From Phallusia mammillata (taxonomy: Eukaryota): a stretch of DNA of 64,000 nucleotides. Positions 32,838-47,757 of the stretch are shown here, one piece after another. The notes beneath the pieces are model-generated. The model did not search any database and had not been told where the DNA came from. It saw only the letters and a program-made list of their open reading frames with translations. A program made the position numbers and the translations under genes. Where the stretch lies: assembly GCA_965637545.1 (NCBI GenBank), contig OZ281497.1, forward strand, positions 3,472,001 to 3,536,000, written 5' to 3'. Position 1 is the first letter of the stretch. The number at the start of each line of letters is the position of its first letter.

Positions 32838-35800
32838 AAGTGAAGAACAGAACACGTTCAAATTGTAATACAGTTGTAATGTGATGTTGTGTCACATTTG
32901 TGCCTGTAACTTATGCACACAATTCACGGTTTAAAAAATCCTAACCAGAAACAAACATGCCAGTTTATTAGTGTCAAACATAACTTTTCAACAGCAACTT
33001 GTGTCATTCTCAAATGAATGAATGTAAAAACCAAGGAGTGAGTATAAACCAGTATACTGACTTGTTTGATTCTGGTTTCGTAATTTATATTTTGGTTAAA
33101 TGTTGTATAGGTTGGGGAAGCTTACTTTAATTGGTAAGACTAAGTAATTCATTTCACCATATTCCATCAAAACTCGAGATGACTTAAACTAATTTCCGTT
33201 AACAAATCACCACGAACAGGTTTCATGCCGTTTACCATCGTTGGTCCTGGCGGCGCCCCATGTCAAATTTGGTTTAATACCTGTGAAATCACAGGATTCC
33301 ACAAAAGTCACGCTTCAATTAAAGCCATGTTTACCACACACGTGGACGCCACATGTTACAGTCCATCCAAGCCTAAAAAATCTGCTTCACCTCCAAGCGT
33401 GTTTGTATGCAGGTGGGCAATGGTTTGGTTGTATTTGTTTATGACAGAAATAGCGGGTCTCCTTGTAAAATATCTTGTCACATTATATGTGTTGTCTAAA
33501 CATTACTTAATCCGCTTCAAATGTTTCGGTAAATAAATCATCCCGCTGAAGGACTGAGATTGAATAGGTTCGGGAGGTAAAGATTTAGCGGTTGTGTTGT
33601 AAACTATACGTACCGTGGTTACAAGACCTTAAATAACGTCTCGCGTGGCAAAAACTAGTGTAATAATAATACTAACAATAGAACGCCAAAGGTGCAATAA
33701 TAATAATAGAACCAACCTTAAGATACCCACATTGCTCCAACAGGTTTAGTTTAGATAAATATTTAAAGTAAAAGATTTCCTTATCTACCAGCTAAAGTGT
33801 TTGAGGTATAAACAACTCCAAGTGCCTTTAAATCAAGTCATTGGCTTTGAAAATCCAAGTTAAAGCCCTTGAAAGTTGAAACTATGAATTAAGTTCCAAA
33901 ACAAACAGCAGTATTTTCGAAACGCTTTCGTTGAAAATCGTTTTGCCCTGACTAAACAGATTCAGAACATAGAATGTTTGTCAGGCATTGAAGTCATTAC
34001 ATCTGGGAAATATTTCTGGATCAGATTATACACATTGCAATAACACTGAGGTATTGACCAGATATTTTGCAGTAGACCAGGTCAATGTTTACGTTACGGA
34101 CAAGGCAATTACATCAAAAGCATTCAAATTCGAAGCACCGCTATTTGCTAGCTATAAATCTCACATGACATAATCAATACCATTTTGATCGGTGATCGTT
34201 TGAAAAAACACGTCAACAATGCAGTTCAATTACCGTCAGTTAACACGAAAAACGACAAAAGGTCAGATTTACATCCTATTGTACACATGCCAGAAATGGA
34301 AAAGACGAATTCCTAGGCTATTCCAAATCCTTGTTTGCTGTTTGCAGTACCTTGGAGCGCTACTATGGACATAATTTCGGTCAGCAATTACGTAAATTCG
34401 CTTCTGGTAACTAGGAGATCTCGAGACGCGGTGTGATAACAATATTTGCATTGTGACGTCATAGAACGGGTTCGTGCACTTGGTGTCGACGGCGGTGCAG
34501 AGCCAGACAAAAGAACTGGGACAAAATTACGTGTGCCGAAAGAGAAACGAACAGAGGCAACGACCTTCTTGCTTTGACAACTTGATGCCCTGAATTATGA
34601 TACCGCATTCCTCTCATTGAGATGTAGGAAAACGTTTATCCAGCAAATTCCCCTGGTGAAGGGTAGTTTTTTATTCAGCCGTGCACTGTTTACCTGGTAT
34701 TGATTGTCAAGCCGGATGTTGGAAAAAATAGCTTAGTAGCGGCCAGATTTGTGAGTGTTTGTCGACACGAAAAAAACTATGACGACACATTTAAGTTAAA
34801 ATGGATTGCTTTCGTTTATAGAACCTTAGTAAAAAATATATACCTCCATTACTCATTACGTTAACAAGTCCAGTGTTTTTCAATTTTGTTACTTTTTTAA
34901 TTTGTTTGTTTAAAAATGTACGACCAACTTAAGAAAGTCCGCGGATTGGGGGTTTGAGAAACAAATAAGCCACAATGCAGAGAAACCACCAACACTAAGT
35001 TTTCGTTGCCAGCTTCTGTTACACTTTCTGCGAAGAACAAATGCACGCAATAGGCGAAGTGCCTTCGTAGGAGCGGGAATTTTTACAAGGCACATTTTCC
35101 CATCACGTGACAACATTAGGCGCAACTCGGTGAGAAGAAAATCGCAACTAATTAAACAGGCGGGCAGAAGCTAAATTAGTTCAAATAAAATTTCAGAAGC
35201 TAAGTTACCCGATTGAACCACACTGACGCAAGTAGTCATTAGGAAAAGCTAGAACAACGAGGCCTCTCCACAAAAACATTGTTGTTGTTTTGGGCGAATT
35301 TATGCGTTATTATTTTCATTTATATAGTTTTACCGAATTCGTAAACATTTTTCCCTATAAGCAGACGATTGATATTAGCTTAAAATACTATTGCAAGGTA
35401 GATAAGACGCCGAAAAAGTGTACAGGTTTGTTATCTAACACTGTTTAAATTTAAACGATCGTAGCTCAAGAAATTTTCGCAGAAAAAACAATTCGCATTC
35501 TATCCTCTTTGCACACCGCTGGATTTGTTTTGCAATGGTATAAAATATTTTTTAACCAGATCACTATTCAATAGAGTTAGCAAACTTGGAAGTGGCGGTC
35601 AGAAAAACAACAACAACAGTATGATAAAGTTCTTTTAGGTGCTCATTAATAATTTATTGTAATTAGCTAGTTAACTTTTAATTTTTGCTATTGAGTTCCA
35701 GTTGCTGTTTACGAAAAGCAAACATTACAAGTTGGACGATGAACCCTGTCTTATCAAACACTGATTCAAGTTACAGTGAGCCTCGTGATAACCGACATAA

Positions 35801-38800
35801 CAGACTGATATCGATATGAGTTTTTAAAACCGAGCTTACGGTCAGCATTTTTCATGTTAACGATTTGCATTTTGGTCCTAAAAATGTTGACAATATTGTT
35901 ACCGATTCGGGTACTGCCGGCGTATAACACACACAAAAAACGATTTTGGACAGAAGCATTTTCGGGCCTGGTTCAGGCATACGTTTACATAAAAAGGCCT
36001 GATTTAGGCCTTATTCACACTTAGCATACTTTACACCAACTTTCGGACTTAATTTGGGTAAATTTTTGTGAAAAATGGGAGTTTTGTCGAGTTCAGGCCT
36101 TTACTTTCGTCCGATTAGTGATAGAGGAGTAATTATCTGTTTGCAATTCAACAGCAGTTATTAAAACAATTCCACCAGGAGCACATTTCTAGCTCCTGAC
36201 GTTTTACGCCATGTTTCTATAAATGGTTCACCGACTACTGTTACGCAATGTTTTCAGTAATCAATTGACCAAACAAGCTCCTGTATTTCTTCCAGTAGTA
36301 CTAGGGAAACTTGATGTAAGCATGCGTAAATCAACAAACTCTGTACTTAGAAATGAATCGTGTTTACAACACCCACTTGAGAATTAAATTAATTTAAAAG
36401 AGTTACAATAAAATTACGAAGAGGCACTACCCCAAGTACTGGTGCCCTCCATCACAAAATGTACACAATTATTAGTTATTGATGCCAGGTATGGGTTAAG
36501 GGGCAAATAAAACACCGTGGCCAATTCGGGGCGTTATCATTACCTTTAACAGCTAACTTAAATCGTTATTACTACTTTACATATATTTGGGCGCAGAAAA
36601 ACACGTCAACAAAACTATGAAAGGAAAACCGTTATTATTCGCCACTTCGAAAAGTTAGAAGCCCGAATCAACAAACCGACCTATTCCGAAAAACCTTGAA
36701 AAGGTTCATCACTTAACTACTTGAAAATGGCAAAACGTTTTGTGAGTTGGCGTCATAACAGATGCAAGATATTACCGCAGATACCAGTAAAACGCTGTAC
36801 AACTTCATCTCAATAAGTGCGAGGGCACTTAAGTCCTTGAAAAGCATAAATTCGCCGTATTATCTGTTAAGTGACTTGCCCGAATCGGCGTGAAAAGTTA
36901 ACAGCCCTCAAAGTCATTGTCATTACCAAACGCGCAAAAAAGAGAATAGCTTTTGTGATTTCGCTTTTCACGTTTAGCGAGAACAGCCACTATAACAACA
37001 CTTACTTCATGGCTACAATGAGTCGAACAACGCCAAACTACACAAGTTCAAGAGTGATTGATAAGACATTCCTACTAAAAGCGATTTGGCAAAACTCAAC
37101 GCATTAAATTTACTCTTCTGGATTGTATACAAAGTGCATGAAGAGGTTTTTGTATACCTTACAATGGCAACCCTGTCACGCTTTGACGTAGATAAATTTT
37201 GATTTAGGACACGGACAGAAACTGACAACAAATCAGATTTAAACAACGCAACTAAAACGGGAAAATTGCAATAATAATGGAAAACCAATTACGCAAAATC
37301 AACAGGTGTGGCTGGGTTAGGTCTGACAATAGTCGATGAAGGGACACGAATAATGTATTTGTTATGACAGCAAGATGGCCTTATATATGCCACACTCTAG
37401 CAGGTAAAATTGCAATTTTCATGCATTAGCTTTAGTCATCATCTAAATTGCATTAAACAAATAAAGGAACTGCATGGGTAACAGTTTTATTGTGTATATC
37501 CTATAAACTTAATCAAGCGATTATTATCTTAACAATTTTCACCGTCTGTCAAAAAGTAAACTAAAAAGAAACAAACTAAAATCAACTTCAAAATCATACC
37601 AATCATGAAATGTTTTATTCAACAAAAATAACCTCGGTATCGAGAACGCGCTGTTTCCTTGTCGGCTTTAGTGGAGTATTACTAATGGAGATGAGTATAA
37701 AGATAACAATAATCCCTGTACGATGGCTATTAAGATTTCCTAGCAGGCCGCAGAGCTGATTTTGCGCCAAGTGTATTGGACTACAAAAAGGAAATTGACA
37801 CAAGGTAATGGGCTAAATTTTAACGGGTGATTTCTATCGGTGTTTGAGCAAATTGATCTGCGGTGCATGAAACACACAGTAAGTGATTTTTGGGGTCGTA
37901 CATTCTCTTTTGTAGCGACACGACATCTCGGCTCCGAATCTCCTGCAAAGTACACACCACTGTGTATTCATGGCGTCCTTAATGTCACGGGTAAGAATAG
38001 GTTTGCACGAACATAGCGAAGCCATTTGCGACATTCAACAAAATAGCCTTCGAAGGTCATTCAAAGTTGTCACTCAGAAATCAATACATTCAAAGCTCTA
38101 AAATCTTTTGACATTTATAAAGATTTTTCTTTTATAAATAGGCTTCCTATGCTACTTAACATGTTTCATATTGTGACAGTGTTGTATTATCTAATTGAGG
38201 AGCCATACACCCAATATGTTTTCATAGCTTGTTGTCTATCAACCGTCCCTTACATTGCAATGTAAACAAATAAACACTCCTTGCATTCATGTCACCTTAA
38301 GATACTGCGTAAAGTTGACTTAGCCAGTTTTCCGAGGCCACTAACTTTGTTTATTTGCAACCGAGAATAAATGTTGTGAAATGAGCGTTCCCGGTAGAAA
38401 AATACTAGGAAAATGCAGTGAGGCATTGTACGGTTCTCCACGGTATATGAAATGTAATTATCACATAAGTAATATTTCTCCGTGGCAACTTCCCGCGACA
38501 AGAGGTGATTGTCCGTTGGACATCTGTCAAAACAATTTCCTTACGTGCGTTGTGATAAGATCGCGTTTATTGGAGAATTAACTTGTAACAGATAACATTG
38601 TCAAAGCTTTTCACATTTCGACAGGCAATGAAAATCTCGAGAATCTTTCCAAAACACACCTGCTTAGCTTGGATGGCCGATATATGTATATTGAAGTTGG
38701 GATGTTTTTACAACGATATCAAAATATTATTGGAATTTGTGCACAAAAATAAAGCGTTGTTCGACAAGCAATCCATTGCCATGTTGCTTTCATTGACTTT

Positions 38801-41800
38801 GTAGCAACACAATCAGTCAACATTGCCTTATTTGTACGAAGTCACAATGGGATCATAACAAAAAAGAAAACATTAGCGAGAGATGGGCCGCGCTCAAATA
38901 ACGGATTTTGTAATTTGGTGTTTATTGGCAAAGTGTCCCGGCTTACGAAATATTATGGTTGAAAGTGAGATTACAAAGAAAATTGCCGAATACCGCTCGC
39001 CATCGAGGCGTCGGTTGGCAAAAATTAGACTGATTTCCAAATCCGATAGCAAACCATCAGCACGAAACGTTTACCCACTTTTTCTCTGTAGCAGAAAGCG
39101 CACAAACGTAGCTTTGTAGCAGCCATTGCCATAATTAACATAGCCACAACGAAAAACATTTAAAACGCCGCCCGTCTGGTAACACACCACCACAAAACAC
39201 TCGTTTGACACTACAGAATTACGACCGAAACATTTGACAATAGGCCAAACATAGATGGAATCGCCTGACGAGAAACTTCCAGAAACACGATTTAAAAATA
39301 AAGACAAATCAAAGTTTGGCTCAAGCAGTGGAAAGGTTGCGTTAAATTCGATTCGAACTCTCTCCGTCACTCAATCTGTCTCGGATAAATTATTAAACGC
39401 ACGAATGACGTGTATTTGTAGCAGTCATCTTGCGGTATTAGGGGTTTTCCTTTATATATAAAATCTGTATTAGTACAGTATCGCAGAAGACTTGCGTCGG
39501 AACGCAGACCAAAATTGTATTAACGGTCGTAACAATAGTGCAGGACTAATATAATTGTGTTTCAATCTAAATACACTTTACTCATATTAGTATCGGCATA
39601 AAACAGCAGGTACTTGACAGGGTAATTCCCAAGACATAGGAATTTTAAATAAGGGCAACTTTGTGGATACACCTATTTAATAATTTACATTAAAAGTGAT
39701 AAAATCGTCTTCCAAGCATGTTTTTCACATGTAATGGAAGCATTGTAGCTAAAGCAGTAATGCATAAAACCTCGTTAAAAGTAAAAGCACGTTAGGTACA
39801 AAACCTCGGTTAATCCGGACCTGTTTGGGCCAAAGAAATTATCCGGATTACGCAAATATGCGGATTAACCGATGTCTATTAGTTCAATCCTTACCACATC
39901 ACAAACCATTTGCATCTCGAGTTTTGTACCAAAGAGAAGCTGGTCAACTATCGCAATTGCGCTAAAACTAAAAAAGATAGGATGGGCGAATATCCAGGTT
40001 AACCTTATTTGTATAATAAGTCAAGTTTGATAAAGTTTTACGTCAGATGTTTGAAAACTGCGTGATGTTTTGTTGCGCTATCCGGCTGCTATATTAAGTC
40101 ACATTTCAGACCCTTCATTGTTCGTTGCAAATACCAACGAGGTCGGATAATACGCATTTAGTAATAAGGTTTAAAATTAATTTCTATTTCTTAGGAACGA
40201 CGCGACAGGGTGACCTGAACGTTACGGTACATTAAGTGGCGCCAATACGCGTTGCAACCTACTTGAATTCAATGAAATTTCAATTCGTGGTAACCAACGC
40301 CCGATGCATATGACAAAACAATGTCTGTTACTCATACGCCATAGCGCATCCATGTGGTATCAAGGTTAAACTTTAATTAATCCATGCCTGGTCGGGTTTC
40401 ATAAAGTTGAGCCGTTTTTTTTGCAGCATTGTATTGCAAAAAAAGACCGCAGGCAGACTGAGGTTGAAACATTGAACCCCAAGGGTTCATTGTGGGCCAT
40501 TTTAAAATAACAATTTTAGGAATATTTTGACACTGAATACAAAGGTACGTATAATTTTTCATGTGTCCTGGCATTCACACAAGTTCTCTAAATACACTGA
40601 GGGCCACTGTTTGCAACTTTAGATGTACATGTTGTGGCCACCCACAGATTTGCTTGTGTGCTAAAAACATATGGGAGCCATGGGCAAATGCACAGTTTAA
40701 AGTGACTACTGCTTCGTAGATGTCAAAAACATGCAAATTTGTGAAAATATGCCATAGTTAACCAAAAAAGGTTGGGTAAAACAAACAAAGTAAAATTACG
40801 TAAATACCAAGAATTTGAAATTGGACAAACCATCTCCTGTACACAATTATTAAAAAATGATGTTATAGTGATAATTTAAAGAATCCAAGGTTTTCGCGAC
40901 TTGACGGCATCATCTACGGTGGATTACAAACATACAGGGTTAAACGTGCAGTATTGTGGTGTAGAAAATACGTTAAGTGTGCTTTGGTTGTTACAAGTTT
41001 GGCACTTTACTAAGACAACACCGCACAGATTATAGACCACAGTTGGTTGCCACTATCAACACGCGCTCAAGTGTGGTTGTTACGTTGCCAAATCTTCAAC
41101 CACAACGATGCGATACAAAGTTAAATGACTGTTTTCAACGAAATTATGGTTTCTTAAACAAAAAAGAATTCGTGATTTTTTTTTGCGAACAACAGGATAA
41201 AATTAACTGATTTGCCGTGCCTAATTTACTCCACGAACGCAAAAAAGTCAACAATGTTATCTCTAATCCAATAAAGGTACAAACACCTTTGTAGCAAGTC
41301 ACACACAAAATCACACATCACAGGTGTTAGTAGAACGTTAGAACCCGAATCAAACAAAAGGCAATTTAAAAAAATCGTGGCAGTGATGACGTTAACACCT
41401 CAAACGACCCTTTACGAAACCAACAAATGACGACCAATGTTAAAAACCGAATTGAACCCGGTTGAAAAACAGCAGTTACATGTCAATCAAACCAAAGTTG
41501 TGTACAATGCAAGCGTCAAGCACACTCAAAGTTACCAAACTGAAAAGAGAACAGAAACTATGGCACTCGCTGTGGTATCGCTGTCGCCAGGTTAAAAAAC
41601 AACAGTTAAACCGCGAGCAAGCCACCGCAAAAACCTTTGTGAGAAACCGCCAAATGAACGTGATATCTGGGCCACTGAGAGGGATTAACTAATGCTTAAA
41701 GGCTTTGATCCATGTTCCGATCATAGTACATCCGGGTTTGTGACGAAACAATTGAACAGATTATGACGTGAGCGGCATTTTATCGAGTGCTGTGGTGGTG

Positions 41801-42401
41801 TTCGGTGTAAGTGGCTCGGGTGCTTTAAAGTGGATATTGAGTTTTTGTGGGTTGTGTTATTGTCATGCTGTGCTTGCAGAGTAGCAAAAAGAATAGAAGT
41901 TGTAACTATACTGTACACCATATTTTTTTGTTTTTGTTCACCCGTTAAAAAAATATTATTGGAAATACTGGTTAACGGTTTTTGTGGTAAAACCCAAAAT
42001 TAACTTTTACAACGTTACCCAACAATTGAAAAGACGGGGTAAGTATTGAATTTAAACTTTTATATTATCAATATTTTGAGAAACACTGGTTAAAGATGTA
42101 ACCCTAAAAAGTGCCCTTTATAGCGCATACTTTATCACAGAATAAGGAAAGGTAAAATATTTCAAAAAAGCTTAAAATACCTGCTGATGTAGGGCGGATT
42201 AAATCAATTTTACGGCTTGCCGGATCTTGATGTTTTCGCTTTAAAGCAGGCTTCTATAACGTAGATTTTCGTAAACTGCTGCAATCCTATTATTTCCGCT
42301 TGACATAAGTACGTGTGAGCTTGACGAAGTAACGGTTTCAAACACGGTTTTGTTGACAAGAGGCTTACGGTTTAAGGTTGAAAGTTTTGCAAGGATTAGA
42401 C

Positions 42402-42743
42402 CAGGGGTGCACAACCTGCGGCCGTGAACATGTTTATTAAAATATATGCACTGGCGGCCGTGACGTAAAAACAACTCTTTTGCTAAATATTTTGACTTTC
42501 AAACTGCACTAAATAGATTTTGTAAGACTGAAAAAGACATTACCAGCCTAGAAACCCCGTGCATCACACTTTATATACGCCTATTGTATGCAAACAATGC
42601 AAATAAACAGTCACCTCTTGCGTCACAATATAGATTATGACGTCATAAACAGCTCAGACTGGAAACAAGCAGGTAATTGGCGGCCGTTGGTGAAATAAAG
42701 ATCTGCGATGCGGCCGTCTTTCTAAAAAGGTTGTGCACCCCTG
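42402..42743. mobile_element. hAT (Buster/Charlie-type) MITE
   Basis: Perfect 15-bp TIR CAGGGGTGCACAACC; TSD GATTAGAC at 42394-42401 and 42744-42751. A similar left end occurs alone near 14129. Confidence 0.9.
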
Positions 42744-45617
42744 GATTAGACAAACCTTTTCCCGTGACGTTGATGAGTTTGAAAGACATTTAGGTTTAGC
42801 ATCCAACTTTAGCGTTCGATAATTCTGTTGTGTTTTGTATTATTGTTTATTTTCAGGGTAAAAGCTGCGTTAATCACGTGTGTTAACCTACCATCGTCGG
42901 ATTACGATGCAAACAACCTTGGGAATTTCAGAGCAGTTGCCTTGGACTGTAAAGCCCTTGGATAAAAAAACATTCAGTTTTACGCTCTGAAGAATGTATA
43001 TTTCCAGAATTAAATAAGAAATTTTAAGAACCTAAAACTAACTGCATGTGTTTAAAAACCAAATGTTGTTGCATTGATAGAGCATGAAAAAGAAATAGTA
43101 ATTTTTAGCCACATTGTGGGTATTTTTGTCCAAACTATACAAACAAACAGCCTGGTGTTGATATTTAAAGACACGCAGAATTCATAGTGTGAATAAGTTT
43201 CAAAGTTTTTAAGGATATTGTGCAAACCACTATCGGCGCAAATCGGTTATTGATTCACACAATGTACATAACCACATGTTGTCCACTATCAAAACAAGCG
43301 ACATGCACGCTTTGTGGCAAATTTACCTTCAGAAAACGTACAAAAGTAGACGCCCACTTCACGCCGTTTTTTGCTGAATGTCATAAAGTTCAGGGAAAAG
43401 AGATCTAGCTATGCGGTGAGTGCAACCAACCGTTAAATCCGACTTAACCCCGCTTAGCACCTCAGCCATCAATAGAAACCCGATAACGACAGGAATCTAC
43501 TACCAATGGACATGCAAAAAACAATAAACAAGTTGGTAAAATTGACAAAAAGGTATATCTTGTTATAAATGACATAAAAGCCGCAAACCAGATCGATAGG
43601 GGTTTAGGTATGCAAATTGGGGTGTACAGTGCTTGTAATGTGTCCACTTTGTCCACATCAATTGAGTCAATTATAAAAACTTTGTAATCGGAACTCGTTA
43701 AAATTTAATGCTGCCGAACTAAAGAAGCTTCCACCTGTCATGTATCATGTTTTTAAAGACATAAACCCACAAAAGCCGCACAAAATGTTGTAAGACTTTT
43801 CTTCTTTTTTCGAGTATTTGGATTTTACTTCAAAAATCCAATCCTTGGCGCCGGCAAACAAGCTTTTCAACCAGTGATTTTTTAACCATTTTCCCGTAAA
43901 CATTCGATCTTATTTGCATAAAAGTTTTAATAACCGTTAGTTAGACTGCGCTTAATCTCTACGCCTGTAACAAGAAAAAAAAAGTATTGCAATGTATGAA
44001 GATAGGAAAACGAGCTGTGTATTTTGTACAGAAAACCCACAAAAAATGTATAAAACACTATCAGTTATTTGACTGCTTTGTCCCCCACACGCAAATATGC
44101 TCTAATTTAATTTCTAATCATTTTGCCGCAATGACTTCGAAATCGACTCAATATTTCTCTGCTTTAATCGATTTTGTATTAGGCGGAGTGCCTGTCCTAA
44201 AGTGACAGTTCCTCTGTGCAAAATGACGTTGACGACACGTACGTCGCGCAAAGTAAAGTATGGCTGCACTAAAAGTCGAAAATAGAAAGCGAAATTAAAT
44301 GCAGTCCTGAAGCTTGTTTGCAACACGGCTTCGATGTGACATTTGTTTTTATAAACACTCATGGGTATCGTGGTAGGGCAGTCTATGTTCTTTAAAATCA
44401 ATTTCACAGTCACAACAGAAAGCATTGTTTTGTATGTTAAGATATACGAAATGTGGTTAATACCGTGGTAATCAAGCTTTTCAGCGGAGTTTGGCATGTG
44501 TTTAGCCAGCATGTGTCCCGAAATGATGAAGGTTTTACAGTTAAATGCGATATCAAGCCTGACAGGCGTTAATGAACAGAGCCAAACTGGTGATTAAAAA
44601 TGCATGAGGATCATCGCCAGGTCAATTACACAGTTATTTCACAGCAATAGGAATGCAGGGAAATGGAGGGACAGGGAATAACCATTGATCAAGGTAAAGT
44701 ACCGGAAAGGCTGCAATGCCAACATTTTAGAGTTCTTTTTCATGGCGCTCAAAGCAATAATTTTTGAAAAATTTCTAGATGCCACAAATGTTTCGACCAC
44801 CCCCGTATTCATTGTTTTTAGTATATTTACAACCATCACGGTTTTTCTGTGACAAAATACCATCGTGCAGCATATGTTTGCGATTGGTTTGCAAAGTTGA
44901 AACATGGTCGCAATTTTTGTTACTATATTTAGCGGTTATGGCTTCACGAACGCAAATTACCCATTACAAGGGTCTTGAAACTTCGCACCATGGGCCGGCA
45001 ACCGTTTGAACGCAGTGCACCGGTTTACAAACTTTGTCAAAACGTTGATGACTTTTCTTACCAACATTTTTGTGTAGTTTTGCAGCAAAAGATCGTTACA
45101 ATTTGTGGAAGAATATTTTGCACGCACAAGTGTTGTTGCGGTTGCACTGTAGGTAACGATCCATAGGAAACGAAGTGGTGGGTAAATTTGGCTTAAATAA
45201 GGTTGGTATCAGCCAGGGTTGTCAGTCGGGCCAGGCTTTAGTTTCAGACTTGAGTTGAAATAGATGAACTTAATACTGCTGGGCCACATTTGTGTCGTTA
45301 TTTCACATTGGTAAATCTAATTTCCGGATTAATTCAGGACTTCGGCTCGGGTCCCAATTTCAGACCCGCATACAACTTTGATTTTAATACAGTCTTAAAT
45401 CACAACACTAACAATGCCCACAAGTATTCCATCTTAACAAACTAACAACCAACAAGTAGTAGTTAATCAAAGAGTCTTTGAATGGGAACCATGCGCAAAT
45501 ATATAATCGCCTCGCGTGCGAAAATTTGACCCCTGCTCCACATTACATTTTAAATGCCGTTTTGGGTTTTTTATAAACGTTGTAATACAAAGAAAAAAAA
45601 ACATCTCAAGTTTAAAT

Positions 45618-45738
45618 AGCTCTTCTGGCAAGTATTTTTATACCGACGTTTCGACGTCCTATACAGGTCGCCTTCATCACGGTAAATAACACTGAATGCG
45701 CGTAGCATAGTCGGAATAAAATACTTGCCAGAAGAGCT
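45618..45738 (-). mobile_element. Foldback element containing a minimal hammerhead-like motif (Penelope-like remnant)
   Basis: Inverted arms 45618-45647 and 45710-45738 (about 28/30). The minus strand reads TACC-GTGATGA-A-GGCGACCTGTATAGGACGTC-GAAACGTC-GGTA (C3G core variant). Confidence 0.6.
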
Positions 45739-45832
45739 CTATAAACTTGATATTATGCCTGGCAGCAATAGCTTATACATAAAAATTGTGGTTCGAACGC
45801 CGTGGTGAGACGCAATGACGTAGATTCTATAT

Positions 45833-46252
45833 CAGTGGTTCCCAAACTTTTTCATATTTTTTTCAAAACGGTCCCTTCGCCATTATTTCGAGTCTCGCGG
45901 TCCTTAAGTCTAAATGTGTATTTCACACAAACGAAAGTTGATTGCAGGATTTTAGCTAGTTATGCAAAATTGCGCATAACAATCATCCAAAGACAGCATG
46001 TGACATCACAAACAGGACAAAAACATTACGATTGTGCGCGAACAATTGCATTTTTTGATAGTTGTCATTCCATAAAGGCAATTGTTTAGCAATGGAGACA
46101 GTCGATTCTCAATTCTACTTTGATTTAAACTTATTTAGTGGCACAAACTGACGCCAAATAAGATTATAGAATTACTTCAACCGCTTCGCGGTCCCCCCAA
46201 AATTGCCTCAAGGACCCCTAAAGGACCGCGGACCCCAGTTTGGGAACCGCTG
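45833..46252. mobile_element. hAT (Buster/Charlie-type) MITE
   Basis: TIR CAGTGGTTCCCAAACT ... AGTTTGGGAACCGCTG; TSD TTCTATAT at 45825-45832 and 46253-46260. Confidence 0.9.
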
Positions 46253-47542
46253 TTCTATATTGATTGTAACTTGAGAACGATTTTTTGATTCGATGAAAAA
46301 CGAATTGCAACAACCTCATAAACCACATTGATACAACTTGACAAAATAACTCTTGTAAAATGGATAAATCATTACGCTAACAAATGTCGAAAGGATTTCA
46401 GATAACGTTGCATTAAATGAAAAATTTAACTTTTAAGACCGAAAATTGATTCATACAGTGCATCAAACGTACATTGTATCGCATTATCTATATGTAACCT
46501 TTCCTTTTGACAACTTACTCTTTCGCAAGATATTTTACAGCCAATCAGGTATCCTATAACATATATTTCGATCTTACAGTAAAACGGATGCATGCGAATT
46601 AACTGTCAAAGATCATTTTGCTGCAACATTGAAAATAGCAACTAAAAATTACTGTGTGAGCGCAGGTTTAAACAATACGACACTTTTTTTAATGTTGGGT
46701 AATAGGAACGCGCCACTTACACAGACATATCATGTATATACAGGCTTGCAAAGCGGTTATCGGTTATTGACAATCATTTTTTTTTTAGTTTTTTCTTTTT
46801 ACACTTTAAAACAGAACAAAAAAAACTTAGGCTGTACGATAAGGTGTTGAATTCTAAATGAACACAATGCTGTCTTTGGTATTAAACAAAGGCATTTCCA
46901 GCGTTTTAACAACATTATGGCGCAACACAATGTACTTAGTGTTACGCAACAAAACACTCTGAGAAACAACTAATGCTTTGGAAAGAATTTTCGGTAGCGA
47001 CCCTAATTCGAAGAATTCTCGCACGAGAAAAACAGTTTTCTGTGCGTTACAAATACCTGGGAACATGCGTCAACCCCCTGTAGAGCATTGAAACAACAGA
47101 AGCCGTTGTTTAGAGATAAGGGTACATAGGTTTGTAAAATTGCGGCAATTTTCCACTTGGCCTTACGAACACTCTTGAACTGAAATACACATTTGTCATT
47201 TACCAAACTGACATCAAGAGACACTTTATAAAGGGAAATACGTCACAGTTGTACGGGGTCAGATACGGTTGTTTGAATTGTAACCTTTTAAGTTCCACTA
47301 AATGACACTGCACAACGTCATGTTCACGACCAGAGCCATCAACTGGACAGGTTTGCTAACTGAGGCTGCTGAAACACCAACAAACATGTTTTCTAGGAAG
47401 GGTATATATACAATGCTATATTCAAGCAAGCTTAATCAGAATGAGATATAGTTTCAGTCTATGCGTTTAGGGCAAGTCAGACTAAAAACGTGGAAGGTTA
47501 TAGCTCGTCAGACGTTTCACTTTATTTTTCAACTCTCTATAG

Positions 47543-47757
47543 CAGTAGTTCTCAAACTGTGCGTCGCGACGCCCTGGTGCGTCGTTTCAATTTTCCAAGG
47601 GCGTCGCAGAATAGTTCCGTTTCGATGCTTTTTGTTGTTGTATCAATAAACACAACTTCAATATTAAGTTTCCTCATTAACTTTTATTTGCTGGTGCGTC
47701 GCAAGTTCGGAAAACTTTTCGAGGGGCGTCGCAATAAAAAAAGTTTGAGAACCACTG
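47543..47757. mobile_element. hAT (Buster/Charlie-type) MITE
   Basis: TIR CAGTAGTTCTCAAACT ... AGTTTGAGAACCACTG; TSD CTCTATAG at 47535-47542 and 47758-47765. Confidence 0.9.

Noticed and set aside
39260-39290. CTGACGA...GAAAC motif
   Set aside because: No credible stem II, stem III or cleavage triplet.
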